Notes under the pieces: generated by a model
Told to the model about the DNA's origin: nothing
Databases searched by the model: none
The model's input: only the letters and a program-made list of their open reading frames with translations
Program-made: the position numbers and the translations under genes
Shown: positions 11,168 to 23,154 of the stretch, in pieces
Numbering within the stretch: position 1 is the first letter of the stretch
Layout: each line of letters begins with the position of its first letter
DNA from: Cladosporium halotolerans
Taxonomy: Eukaryota
Length of the DNA: 64,000 bases
Reading direction: 5' to 3'
NCBI RefSeq assembly: GCF_011745625.1
Contig: NW_027191463.1
Span: 1-64,000 of the forward strand

Positions 11168-12605
11168 TTAGGTCGCATAAGCTGGTAGCAATGGTCAGTC
11201 GTGAGCTCTAAAGAATTGTCAGATGCAGCTCACCTCGAATAGCGGGCTCCGTGAACACTTTGTCCGGATCCGCCAGAATCGCCAGCGCCGCAACAAGGAT
11301 CGCATTCTCCGTCAGCAGAAAATCGCTCAGCGCAAGGTCTGGCGTGAGGTAGTCGTTGCAGACCGAGGTCAAGTTCAATCTGCTCGACTGCCCTGCGCCC
11401 TCGTTCGCCAGAGCATCCTTGAGCAAAGCGAAGCCGAGCGGGTTGTACAGCGTGCCTTCGTGCGTGTAGAACGTGCCCGCCGGCCTGCCTGCGCAAACGA
11501 CTTGGACCTCGTTGTTCGACGCTCCGACGCTACGGGCGTCAAGCAGTCTGCCGGAGGCGATATCGCCGGACTGTGGTTGGACAATCTCGTCGAAGAAGCC
11601 GGAGTAGATGAGCGTGCTGGGCACGTAGGCGGAGTCTCCGCCGTTGTTGCGCAGGGTTTTGATGAAGTTTGAGTTGTACTCCTGCTGCAGGACGGAGGGA
11701 GAGAGGGGCTCGCCTGGTGCGGTGATCAAGTTGGCAAGAACTGTGCCGTGGTAGTCAGGAGAGAAACCAATGTGGTCAGTGACGCGGTCCCTGGTGGAAG
11801 GCCAGTACTTGTAGGCCCATTGCGCATTGATGTTCCCCTGTGACCAGGCGGCGACAGCAATCTCGCGTTGATTGCTGATGCCGTAGATATAGTTAATGGC
11901 GTAGGCGACGTACTCAGCATTCAGCTGAGCATCGTCAAGGAGGTATCCAGGAATGTTAAGCCAAACTGGGTCGGCGATGTCAGAGCCTTGCAGGAGTGGG
12001 ATGTAATTACCAGAGAAAGTGATGAAGCCAGTATTGCCGGTACCGGGAACCAAGATGATCGGTTGTGGAGCGCCCTCACGGCCGTATTGGAAGGTGTCCG
12101 GAATGTAGATTGCAGCCCTGAGTGCGTCCTCGCTGAGGGAGTAGGGTGCGTCATCAGGCCCAGCGGATGGGTACGCAGCTGGGCTTGGATCGATAGGGTT
12201 GTTGTTGTTCTCACTGTTCTGTCCGTCAAGAAGTCCGTCGACGAATGCGAGTGCATCCTGCACATTCTCGGTAGTAAGTCCCTGCTCTACCAGCTGGGCA
12301 ACTGCCGCAAAAAGATTGACCGGAGTAGGCGAAGCTTGGAAGACATTCGAGATGGCTGCACTAGCTTCTTCAACACTCGATGGTTTGGTATTAGAGGTGA
12401 CCGGCTTCAGAACGTCAAGCAGTGACTTTGAAGGATTGTCGGTGTCAGCATTGCCATTTGATATGTCGTCAATCGAGCCCAGGACGTCCCCAAGTAGCTG
12501 TCGGCGCTCGATCAATGCTTCGTCCCGAGTGGGAGTGGGCGTAGCAATGCTTGTGGAAACTAGTAAGCCAGCTATAGTATAAAGGAGAAGCTGCATGTTG
12601 GTCAT
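11168..12605 (-). CDS. Secreted lipase, Candida antarctica lipase B (CalB)-like
   Basis: Signal peptide, PIILVPGTG oxyanion motif, AWSQG nucleophile elbow, DEIVQP, FYTHEG. A final intron 11233-11182 gives C-terminus ...IRAYAT* ending at 11168. Confidence 0.88.
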
Positions 12606-13376
12606 ACACTTAGGACTGGACCAAAGAAGACAACTAGCGAATGATTAAAATTGGCTGAGTTGCTGAGCATATCATACACAACACAAGGAGTGACGAGGAG
12701 TTATACGTGGACCTTCTTGCGGATCACCTAGTGTCCCTTCGGTCAAAGCAACTGGTCATGACATTCACCTGCAGACCGGACCTCGGTGTCACAGTCCGTG
12801 ACGACGCGTGGGATTCCAGGTATTTGGCAACATTCCAGTATGAAGCTTTATTACTCTATGGTCTTCGAGCCAATCACGGCAAGATCTATCGTTGGGATGA
12901 TCCCCGCTTGGGATTACGGAACGGAGTATTTGAGATTTAGGTTGGGCGATCTGCAATCTCCAGAACGAATTCTGCCTGATCAGGCAATTCGGAGACGGGT
13001 TGTCGGGCTTCGGAGTGCAGTCCACGCTGTTAGGTTGTGGACAGATTCTTTGTGAAGCTTGGATTCCATTGCGATGGAGCTAAAACCGTGGAGGGTGAGA
13101 CTATGAACAGGGTCAATCACGAAATTTTCAAGCATGCTCTGTGAAGATGTGATATCCTTGCTTTGGTGATGTGCTCTGAAGCAACGCCCCCCACTACAGT
13201 CTATAGTACAAACCTTGTTAGGCCGAGGCAGCATCTTCCTGATGACGAATAGTAGACGAGCGTGCTAAAAAAGCGAAATCCCCAGATTTGGGCGCTCCCG
13301 AGGAGACAAAACAGCCAAAAAGATGCTCCCACCGCCAAAAACCAAAAAGAAATGCTGATTCCCTGATCAGAGATTC

Positions 13377-13448
13377 AGCTCCACGCGGGACTCGAACCCG
13401 CAGCCTCGAGATTAGAAGTCTCGCGCGCTACCATTGCGCTAGCAGAGC
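13377..13448 (-). tRNA. tRNA-Arg (UCU), intronless
   Basis: GCTCTGC/GTGGAGC acceptor stem, CGAGA-CT-TCT-AA-TCTCG anticodon arm, GGTTCGAGTCC T-loop; T-runs downstream on the minus strand. Confidence 0.95.
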
Positions 13449-13864
13449 AATGGACGAATTATCGTCTATTTGAATATATACTCTGCCAGTTTTGGAAGAC
13501 TCGGGGCCGTTCCTGCCATGTTGTGGGACGCCATCCAATGCCCTTTCCCACCTAAGGAGTCTGCCCTGCGTTCTCCACTGCTCCCAAGAAGGCTTGACGG
13601 ACGCCTGCAAGTCGTGGGCTTGGTCTATCGCTTCATCGACCATGATGCGTGTCTTCAATCGTGATCCCTTTTCAGTGAAGGGCTTCCCGTGGCCTTTCGT
13701 TCCTACCATATTCACTGCGCGGCGGCCGGAACGCTTCCGTCTCAATGTGCTTCTCCTGATTCATTTCAGGCGCATCCTCCCTAGTGTGCCTCACAAATGC
13801 ACGCCGCTTCCGTCTCCATGCAGTTCTCATGATTCATTCCAGGCAGCATCCTCCGTAAACCGCC

Positions 13865-14398
13865 TCACAAATGCACACCTTCCTCTCCATCGTCTAGCTC
13901 CATCTGCGCCTCCACTTGCCTCCTCAGCTCCTCATCTGTCAACCGCCCGCTCTGCCTTGCCCTTCCATCATTGCTTGTAGCCCCAGCATCAGTCTCGTCG
14001 GCAACACCGTTCACCCGTGCCGTATCTGCAGCACCTGCCTCCGTCCTCCCAACAACAATCTGCTCGCCCGCCTCGCCCTCAAGACCAAACTCCCTCAACC
14101 TCCTCACATCTTGCGGTCCACCATCTGCCGGCCAAACCAGGCCCCTCTTCTCGACCTCTGTGCGGATCAGCCCCACGCGCTCGTGCATGCGAGTGATCAC
14201 ACCTAGGTTCTCGAACATCGCATCTTTGCAGTCTTGGTCGCCGTCGTCGGCGAACGGTACCATCTGCTCGTTGGACGACCGCAGCTGCTCGATGCTGTTG
14301 GTCAGCTCAGCGGCTTTGGCGAAGAGCGCATCGAGCGGCAGCGTTTCGAGTGCTTCGGCGAAGCGGAGGGGATCGATGGGGCGAGATTCGGAAGACAT
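13865..14398 (-). CDS. TMA17: Tma17/Adc17-like protein (proteasome regulatory-particle assembly chaperone family)
   Basis: RPIDPLRFAEAL..ELTNSIEQLRSSN..DAMFEN and C-terminal GVHL resemble yeast Tma17/Adc17. Confidence 0.7.
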   Translation of the reverse strand: MSSESRPIDPLRFAEALETLPLDALFAKAAELTNSIEQLRSSNEQMVPFADDGDQDCKDAMFENLGVITRMHERVGLIRTEVEKRGLVWPADGGPQDVRRLREFGLEGEAGEQIVVGRTEAGAADTARVNGVADETDAGATSNDGRARQSGRLTDEELRRQVEAQMELDDGEEGVHL

Positions 14399-14755
14399 TC
14401 TTGTGGTGAGAGGGGGGTGAGCTTCTGAGCAGTATTCTCTTGGGGATCCTGTTGTTTTGAATATGTAGTTTGGACAAGTAGCTGTTCACTTGCTGCGGGG
14501 TGCTTTTTGGTCGCGGAGGGAAGCTTGTGACGAAATGTTAGACACGTCGGAGGATCAAACGCCGACGTTGCACAAAGCCTCGCTCGACTCAACAGACTCT
14601 TTGCTCTGAGCATCATTTTTGGACGCTGCAACATATCTGAAGTGTCATGGAGATGTGCACTTGATCTTACAGGCTTTCAGTATATCCGAACTCGAGGACA
14701 ATGCTTCAAACTACGTGGAATTATTCCGTAATCCCAGCTTCTCCCGCTGACTGGC

Positions 14756-16180
14756 CTAGGTCCAGTGCGGTACCTGGCCCTTGTCTCCAATCTTCCCTTC
14801 AATACCTTGAGAAACATCGTTCGAGCTCTTCTCTGGCCTCTTGAACCGCGGCTTCAAAGGCTCCCAGCTCTCGGCATTGTAATCCGACTGCACCTTGGCA
14901 CACTTCTTCAGACCCCACTCCGTCACACCGACCATCAGACACGACTCAAACATGAACGCCATGCTTCCCTCGCCGACCTTCATTGGCTTTAAGTCCGCCG
15001 TCGACGCCTTCTCATGTGTCGCCGCGTCTGGACCATGCGCGGACATGACATTGTGAAGCGAGGCGCCGGCAGGCTGGAAGCCACCCCCGGTCTTCGCATC
15101 GTACTGCCCGCCGATCAAGCCCATGAACTCGCTCATGGTGTTGCGATGATACCATGGCGGGCGGAATGTGTCTTCTTGCACCAACCAGCGAGGCGGGAAG
15201 ATGACAAAGTCCGCGATTGCAGTGCCCGGGTGGTCCGACTGCGCTGTCAGCACGGTGAAGATGCTGGGGTCTGGATGATCGTAGCTGATGCTACCCATTG
15301 TGTTGAAACGGCCAAGGTCGTACTTGTATGGGTAGTAGTTGCCGTGCCAGGCGACAACGTCGAAAGGGGTGTGGTTCTGTTTGGCCGCAAACAGGTGGCC
15401 GGCGAATTTGGAGAGAATCGTGTAGGTGGTTTTGCCATCGTTGTCCTCATCGAAAGACGCAACGGGCGCCTGGAAGTCTCTCTCGTTCGCCAACGCGTTG
15501 CTACCCATCGGGCCGAGGTCTGGCAGTGTGAAATGATTTTGGTACAGCTCGCAGATGTACCCGCGGACAGGGCCTTCTGGAAGTGTCACTCGGTATCGAA
15601 CACCACGAGGGATCACGCAGACCTCATTGGGCCGTACCAACAGTTTCCCAAGTTCAGTCTGAATGTCGAGCACGCCGTGTTGTGGCACAATCAGGAAATC
15701 GCCATCCGCGCTGTAGAACGCATCTTGGGCGTCCATATCTTTGCCAGCTGCATAGATGAAAATGCCCAGACCGGATTTCATCGTTGGGTCTCCCGCACCA
15801 GCGACGAGATGCAGCGAATGCACCCAATCTACTGACTTGTCGAGGTCGAAAGGATCCCATCTGAGCTGATTTGGTATCTGATGGATTTTCTCATGAGGCT
15901 TGTTCTCAGGATTTGTATTGTAAGTGGAGCTCTCTCGCGGCTCGAATGGCGAATGTGCACTTGCTGGCAGGATGCGGTAGAGCCAGGTCTGCTGATTCTC
16001 GTGCCTGGGTGCTGTAAAAGCAGTGCCCGAAAGCTTCTCGTTGTAGAGCCCCAAAGGTGCTTTCTGGGGATTATTAGCACCAATTGGCAGTGCGCCATCT
16101 ACAGCTTCTGTCTCATGATAACTGTTGAAACCGTTCTGGTAATTGTATTTCTCAGGAACCTTGAAGTCCGTGACAGGCAT
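14756..16180 (-). CDS. hmgA: Homogentisate 1,2-dioxygenase
   Basis: 474-aa ORF with [31 protein letters not shown] and SAHGPD iron-ligand motifs. Confidence 0.97.
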   Translation of the reverse strand: MPVTDFKVPEKYNYQNGFNSYHETEAVDGALPIGANNPQKAPLGLYNEKLSGTAFTAPRHENQQTWLYRILPASAHSPFEPRESSTYNTNPENKPHEKIHQIPNQLRWDPFDLDKSVDWVHSLHLVAGAGDPTMKSGLGIFIYAAGKDMDAQDAFYSADGDFLIVPQHGVLDIQTELGKLLVRPNEVCVIPRGVRYRVTLPEGPVRGYICELYQNHFTLPDLGPMGSNALANERDFQAPVASFDEDNDGKTTYTILSKFAGHLFAAKQNHTPFDVVAWHGNYYPYKYDLGRFNTMGSISYDHPDPSIFTVLTAQSDHPGTAIADFVIFPPRWLVQEDTFRPPWYHRNTMSEFMGLIGGQYDAKTGGGFQPAGASLHNVMSAHGPDAATHEKASTADLKPMKVGEGSMAFMFESCLMVGVTEWGLKKCAKVQSDYNAESWEPLKPRFKRPEKSSNDVSQGIEGKIGDKGQVPHWT

Positions 16181-16805
16181 CTTTGTAGTCGCCTTGGCTA
16201 GAAGATTACAAATTGGAGCAGAAGAGGAGCTTGCTGTGAGTATCGATCATCCACTGAAGTTGGAAGAGTGCTGAATTTATCTATCTCGTAGCTACTCTCT
16301 TCGTGCTACCGGCGGACGATCAGCTCACCTCCACACTCGTTCCAGCAATAGCCCTCGGCCAGAGGCACCTCGTGTGCCGAAGGTTGCGCAGATCTTCCGC
16401 ATGGAAAGCCTTCCGCGGATGATGTAACGGCACAGGCACCTCAAGTGAAGGATAAACTGGTCTGGTCACGATGGTTGCCCCACCGCGGGGGAGGACCGCG
16501 ACTAGGAGACATCAATGCGAGTGTCGCGTGCTGACCCCGCATTCAGCTCCAGCTCCATCAATGTTGTGAGCTCCATTCTCGCGCAACGCCCACTCTCTCA
16601 CTTATTAATTGAGATACGCATGTAGTGACAACACAAGTGTAAGCTGACAGCCTGGTCTCGGAAGATCACCAGTGCTGTCTGATCGCCAAACATCACCCTC
16701 TAAGCTCCACCAGGATCACCTTACCTAAAGCCTTCTCCTTCCACGAAGCTGCCACAGCAGCACCAGCTCACCACCAAGGTATCATCCCAGTGAGAACTCG
16801 TTACA

Positions 16806-18113
16806 ATGGCACCTCTCCAGTCCTGGGTCGATGTTGATCCGAAATCCCACTTCTCCATCTACAACATCCCCTTCGGCATCATCTCCACCGCCGAGGACAA
16901 GAAGCCACGCCCAGCGATTGCCATTGGCGACTATGCCATTGACTTGAAGGCCTTCACCGCCGGCAATGGCTTCTCAGCTTTGTCAACCATCCAGCCGTAT
17001 CAGAGCGTTTTCTCCGAGCCGACTCTGAACGCGTTTGCGGCTCTAACGCGTGAATACCACACCATTGTGAGGGAGTACTTGCAGAGCGTCTTGCTCAATG
17101 GCGGTCCGTTCCCCGAGGTCCTCCAGCGAAACTTCGACCTGCGCAAGAAGGCTATCATTCCGTTGGAGAAATGTGAGAACCACATGCCCATGAAGATTGG
17201 GGATTACACCGACTTCTATGCTGGCTTGAACCACGCTCACAACGTGGGCACTCTGTTCCGTGGAGAAGAGAATGCCCTGCAGCCGAACTATACGCACATG
17301 CCGGTTGGCTACCATGGGAGAGCTTCCAGTGTCGTTGTGAGTGGTACGCCTATTCAACGCCCAAATGGCCAGATCCTGGAGAACCATAATGCGGAGGTCA
17401 AGCAACCGATCCTCTCACCCAGCCGCAAGCTTGACTTTGAGCTCGAGCTTGGGTGTTTCGTCTGCGCCAACTCTGACATGGGAGATGTCATCAGGATCGA
17501 GGATGCCCCGGACTACCTCTTTGGTGTGGTCCTCATGAACGACTGGTCCGCTCGTGACATCCAGGCGTGGGAGTATCAACCTCTTGGTCCCGTCCATAGC
17601 AAGAACTTTGGTACATCGATCAGTCCGTGGGTGGTCTTGATGGACGCACTCGAGCCGTTTGCTGCCAATGGTATTCCGACCGACACGAAGCCTCTCCCTT
17701 ATCTCGACGAGAAGAAGAGACAGAGCCACTTCGATATCGATCTGTCGGTGTCCATCACTACCCATGACGGGAAGACCACGACCGTTTCTCAGACCACGGC
17801 CAAGAACCTCCTGTTCTCGTTCCCGCAGATGCTCGCGCATCATACTATCGGCGGATGCCCGTTCAATGTCGGAGACCTATTGGGCAGCGGCACCATCTCG
17901 GGAAGAGCTGACAACGAGAAGGGATGTCTGCTTGAGATGAATGGCAACGGTCAAAAGGAGGTCCAACTTGCGGGCGGCGAGAAACGGATCTATCTCGAGG
18001 ACTACGATGAGGTCGCAATATCGGGCGTCTGTGGCAGTGAGCCTGGTGCGCTGGTGGGGTTTGGAGAGTGTTCTGGCACTCTTGAGCCTGCCGCTGAGCT
18101 CAAGTTCTCTTGA
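16806..18113 (+). CDS. fahA: Fumarylacetoacetate hydrolase
   Basis: FSIYNIPFG, GDYTDFY, PVGYHGRASSVVVSGT, LDFELE, NDWSARDIQAWEY, GDLLGSGTISG. Confidence 0.97.
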   Translation: MAPLQSWVDVDPKSHFSIYNIPFGIISTAEDKKPRPAIAIGDYAIDLKAFTAGNGFSALSTIQPYQSVFSEPTLNAFAALTREYHTIVREYLQSVLLNGGPFPEVLQRNFDLRKKAIIPLEKCENHMPMKIGDYTDFYAGLNHAHNVGTLFRGEENALQPNYTHMPVGYHGRASSVVVSGTPIQRPNGQILENHNAEVKQPILSPSRKLDFELELGCFVCANSDMGDVIRIEDAPDYLFGVVLMNDWSARDIQAWEYQPLGPVHSKNFGTSISPWVVLMDALEPFAANGIPTDTKPLPYLDEKKRQSHFDIDLSVSITTHDGKTTTVSQTTAKNLLFSFPQMLAHHTIGGCPFNVGDLLGSGTISGRADNEKGCLLEMNGNGQKEVQLAGGEKRIYLEDYDEVAISGVCGSEPGALVGFGECSGTLEPAAELKFS

Positions 18114-18531
18114 AGAAAGGACAAAGGTCTTGATGAGGTGTGATGGTATGCGGCAATGTTCTCGTAGGTTTGTGTTTGCATCAGTATTGACTTTCCGTTC
18201 TCGAAAATTTCCTCATCGTGTCACATGTTTTGCTCGAAGAGTCGGGAGTGTTGACGCCGCGCACTCCAATGTCGCGCCGCGCTTGCTTATTTTGCAGCTT
18301 CACTTCGCCAGCTTACACATACAAGCACAACGAAGTTGTGACCACTGACCACTGCCCTGACCACACAACAATTACCACTTGCTCATGATTATTGGCCATT
18401 CCATTTGATCAATGATCGTTGAAAAATTGATCAATAACAACAAATTAAAGGACTTGAAGCTGAAACGAACAGGCACCCCATAGGCGCCGCTACCCATACC
18501 GGCGAAACCACCAACCACCTTTCGCCAGAGA

Positions 18532-19473
18532 ATGCAGCGCTTCAGTAGCTTCATCGCCAGGCGTCGCGAGCCCGTCTCGCTCCACCCTCTCAGCACCGAG
18601 TTCTACTACCACGAAGAGAGCTCTTCCGGCGACAGCATCAGCCTCCCGGACATATCGGCGGACAATGCCTTCGTGACGGAGTCCGTCACGACCTTCGCCA
18701 GCGCCAGGCCACGCAAAGTCAAGCCGCCGCGCAGGCCCTTGCCAACAGTCCCCGAGGCTGTTCCCGAATCTGTCCCAGACTGCGCTGTAGACCCGCAGCT
18801 CGTCTTCGAAAAATCCAAGGACGGATCCCTGGCTGGCCTTTCCTTGAACGGGATACCAACCGAGCGTATCGACATCCGCCTCAGCAACGGCGAGCGCGTC
18901 TCCTGGCGCAACCGCAACAATCTGCGTGACTTGCCCGCCGACGTGCGCAAGGAGATCTGGCGCGAAGCCTTCATCAGCGATAAGAAGCTCTTCATCTGCG
19001 CCTGCACGTACGTTTCAACCTTTCCTCACTTCGATATTGCAGGGACTGCTGACACAACCAATAGCTGGTGCCGCAATCAAGGTGCCAACGCCTGCCAACC
19101 GCCACTCACGCGAACGTGCAGAGCCTTCCGCGCCGAGGCGCTTCCTATTTTCTACGGAGAGACCAAGTTCAAGTTTCCGGTTGGGCATACGCCAAAGATC
19201 AGCGTGCCTGGATGGCTGAAGGCGATCAGGATGCACAATAGTGCGCTGATCCGCCACCTGGAGCTGGCGTTCTTCAATGCCGAGCACGTGATAAAGATTT
19301 TGAAAGCCGGGGACAAGTTTAAGGTTGTTAGTGAAGTCAGTAGAGAGGTCAACTTGGATGATGACGGGGTCGAGCGTCTTGTTTTCACAGCGACGCGCGA
19401 CGAGAGTGAGGATGAATCGGATGCCAGCACAGTTGGCACGTCGATCTTGTCCTTCGCGTCAGTTTTTAGGTGA
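18532..19473 (+). CDS. F-box-like/2EXR-type hypothetical protein
   Basis: LRDLPADVRKEIWREA followed by QPPLTRTCRAFRAEALPIFYG. Probable 57-nt in-frame intron at 19008-19064. Confidence 0.6.
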   Translation: MQRFSSFIARRREPVSLHPLSTEFYYHEESSSGDSISLPDISADNAFVTESVTTFASARPRKVKPPRRPLPTVPEAVPESVPDCAVDPQLVFEKSKDGSLAGLSLNGIPTERIDIRLSNGERVSWRNRNNLRDLPADVRKEIWREAFISDKKLFICACTYVSTFPHFDIAGTADTTNSWCRNQGANACQPPLTRTCRAFRAEALPIFYGETKFKFPVGHTPKISVPGWLKAIRMHNSALIRHLELAFFNAEHVIKILKAGDKFKVVSEVSREVNLDDDGVERLVFTATRDESEDESDASTVGTSILSFASVFR

Positions 19474-20087
19474 TTCAATAGGCTCTCTGGGTGAAAATGC
19501 AGTCTCATTGTCTACAGAGAATGGTACTAGCACATGATATACTTTACTGTCGGAGAGTAGCCCGCAAGGAATATATTTCACCAATACCTCATGGACCAAA
19601 TTTTTCGGACGACGATGGTAGCTCCCTAGGCGGAAGCGGTTCAATGGCCGCACAGGACGCTCTTGTTCCGTTGCAGCTGCAAGCGAGAGCACAAGGCACC
19701 AAAGCGCGGAATTCGATGGACCAGCTGCAGTCAATCAAATTGCCAAAGGGCAGATGAAGCTGGAAATGCCGTCCCCAGTGCGCATTCCTTCCCGCTTCCG
19801 CACTCCAAACGGTTTCCCCGCACCTCCACCACCCTCCACTTCTCCTCTTCCAACCTTCCACCGCGGATGACCCGCCGCTACATTGACTCGCGGCTCATTG
19901 GGCCCCGCGGCAACTTACCGCGCGGGCAGTGAGGCACAACACACCCATGCCAGCTCCTCGGCTAGCAGAGGTCCTACGCATAGCTCCCGTGAGCCTCTCA
20001 TCGTCAAGGTATATGTAGGTATCTCACTTCCTATTTCGAGCTGCCTGACCTGCCATCATCTGGCGAGGGAGGGTCTTCAGCACAGCC

Positions 20088-21810
20088 ATGGCCCAATCAA
20101 CAAATGAGCCGCAAGGCCTCGTCCAACTCCTGCTGCAACCTCATATCCTCCCTTTCTTCCTTGTCGCTCTCATCTACGCTGCCGTCAAGATCCTTGACCG
20201 AACGGACGTGCCCAAGATCAAAGGCCTGCCCGAGATTCCTGCCCCACCCATCATTGGAAGCCTGTACGAACTTGGTGACAATCATGCGAAGAAGGCCGCA
20301 GAATGGAGCAAGAAGTACGGACCTGTCTTCCAAGCTCGCCTGGGAAACCGTCGGATCATCTTTGCGAATACATTCGACAGCGTGAAGAGCCTGTGGATCA
20401 CAAATCAATCTGCTCTCATCAGCCGGCCAACATTGCACACCTTCCACACAGTCGTAAGCTCCAGCGAGGGATTCACCATTGGAACATCGCCCTGGGATGA
20501 GAGCTGTAAGGCCAGACGCAAAGCCGCGGCTACCGCTCTAAACCGCCCAGCAGTGCAGAGCTATATGCCCATCATCGACTATGAATGCACGAAGAGTATC
20601 AAAGAGATGCTCGTCAACAGCGAATTCGGAAAGAAGGACATTGACCCCAACGCGTACTTCCAGCGCTTCGCCCTTTCAACCTCGTTGACCTTGAACTACG
20701 GTGAACGCATTGATGGAAACATCAACGACGCAATGCTTCAGGAAATCACGCATGTCGAACGCGAAATCAGCAACTTCCGATCTACCGCTAACAACTGGGC
20801 CGACTATATTCCCTTGCTTCGACTGAAGCCAGGTGGCAACACGAAGGCGCTGGAATACAAGAAGCGAAGAGCGACCTATATGTACAAGCTCATCGACATG
20901 CTTAAGCAGAGGATTGCGGACGGGACCGATACGCCCTGCATTACTGGACATGTGCTCAAGGATCCCGAGGTGAAGCTCAATGATGGTGAGTTGATGGTAG
21001 TCGTTCCTGCTCATCAATCCACACAGCTAATTCCTTGACAGCCGAGGTCATGTCCATTGGTCTCAGCATGGTCTCCGCAGGCCTCGACACCGTCCCAGGC
21101 AACCTGATCATGTGCATTGCCTACCTTGCGTCACCACGGGGTCAGGACATTCAAGAACAAGCACTAGCCGAAATCAATAAGGTCTACCCCAACAATGACG
21201 CCTGGGAACGCTGCCTGTCAGAAGAGAAAGTGCCCTACATCACCGCCCTGGTCAAGGAGACTCTCCGCTTCTGGTCCGTCATCCCCATTTGCCTGCCACG
21301 CGAGAACATCCGCGACATCAAGTGGGGTGACGCCGTAATTCCCAAGGGAACTAGCTTCTACATGAACGCGTACGGCGCGCACTACGATGACACCCACTTC
21401 AAAGCGCCCTGGGAGTTCAACCCGGACAGGTACATGGCCGACACCAGCGTTGACGACGCTTCTGCTACACGAGGGACGCCGCACTACGCATACGGTGCGG
21501 GCAGCCGGATGTGAGTCCCTCTCCCTGACGCTATTTACGAACCCATAGTTGACCATGAAACAGGTGCATCGGCGCCCACCTCGCCAACCGCGAGCTGTAC
21601 ACCGCGTTCCTGCGCTTGATCGTCTCCTTCGAGATCTTGCCGCCCAAGGAGGCGAAGGACCGGCCGATCCTGAATTGCTTTGGCTGCAACCAGTTGCCGA
21701 ATGGCTTGACCATGGATCCCAAGCCTTTCAAGGTCGGGTTGAAGGTGAGAGACCGGGCGATGGTCGACAAGTGGATTTTTGAGAGCGAGGAGCGGACGAA
21801 AGATAACTGA
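20088..21810 (+). CDS. phacA: Cytochrome P450 CYP504 family, phenylacetate 2-hydroxylase-like
   Basis: Exons 20088-20985, 21042-21510 and 21564-21810. NQSALISRPTLHTFH, GFTIGTSPWDESCK.RRKAAATALNRPAVQSY, SAGLDT, ETLR, YGAGSRMCIG. Confidence 0.9.
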
Positions 21811-22017
21811 TCATGTTTCCATTTCTCAAATTGTTACGAAATGGATCATCATATGCATGGAGGCGAGAAGTCAATTTGCAGGGAGCATTCCAGACGAGTT
21901 AAATAACGGCAGGACCGTGGAGACTGTTTTTCAGACAGCTGTACTCTCGAGCCATCCATTTCCAGTCTCAATTTCGCCTCAACGCGGTGAATGATTAAAC
22001 GTTATCATTGCTATCCT

Positions 22018-22576
22018 TCAAGGAACCCTCCGAACCCTCCCGGTCACCACATCATATAACCACCCACTAGTGCTCACGCCCTCCAGCAAGCTGTCATTGC
22101 CCCCCAGAAAACAGACATCATCCCTAATAGCACTCTCCAGCTCCGGAAACGGCTGGAAATCAAACCCTTCTCTCAGCTTCCCACCGTTCGCCGTGATCGC
22201 CGCTCTCGCGTCCTCATTCGAGAACGTCAGCATCCTGCACCCAGTGTGCTTGACCAGCACGATCTCACGCCTGCCCATCAGGTACTGCGAGATGATTATC
22301 GAGCGCAGGGCGTCGCGAGCGTTGCCTCCGGCGTTGCGGATCACGTGCGCGTCGCCGAGAGCGATTCCGAAGGCGGCGGCGGGGTCGATGCGTGCGTCCA
22401 TGCAGGTTATTGTTTGGCGTGAGAGTCAGGTGAGATGACTGAGGATCACTGTAGGTTGGAAGGCTGCCCACCAACGAGATATTTCTTTGCGGGTGGTAAG
22501 GCGAGATGGCCGGAAGTGAAGGTCAGGCGTATTGGTCGTTGCTTTTGGCGAAGGTTTCTTGAATTTGGGTTGACAT
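22018..22576 (-). pseudogene. Beta-class carbonic anhydrase pseudogene
   Basis: TCMDARID and HVIRNAGG motifs are present. The ATG at 22576 reaches TGA at 22525-22523 through a 1-nt frameshift, the intron acceptor reads CAA instead of CAG (22412-22410), and HTGCR replaces HxxCG. Confidence 0.8.
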
Positions 22577-23154
22577 TGTGGCGAGTCTAAGATTCGAGTA
22601 CCTGGGCAGTCCTTGGTCGACTGCAATACCAGAGCTGTGCAGCAGGATTGCCAGCGGTTATTTGTAGGTAGCTCTCTGCAAATACGCTCTGGTATGCGCA
22701 GCTTGCAACACGCGGGGTGGAGCACGCCATGGATGCTACTTGAGAATCGACCACTCCAATACTGTGGCGCGACTGTCTGGCTTGCATCTTGTGCTTATCG
22801 CAGTCAGACCACAAGTATCACCAAGTGATCATGTGCTTGGTGATTACCCCTAGTCTGGCCCCGGTGCACTCCACACCTTTCGAAGATGTCCGTGTCGCAG
22901 CAGCTACGAGAACGCATCTATAGACTCATCGGCAGTGAAGCTTGCCACGGTCCCTTTTGATGGTCCAGAGTGGTCTTCCAGTAGAACAGCGCAGGTGAGA
23001 CCCATATTCCGCAAGCTCATGTTCGCCCGCATACACGGGGCTCGAACCGTCTGGCAGAGCAGGAGCACCAATTCCTCACAAACTCGTATAGAAGTCCAGC
23101 GAGGAGCCGCTATCTTCAACAATATCGTCAAACCATCTTTTCCCTTGCACTCCC

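Noticed and set aside
12700..13860. Short ORFs flanking the tRNA
   Set aside because: No recognisable domain or consistent splice structure.
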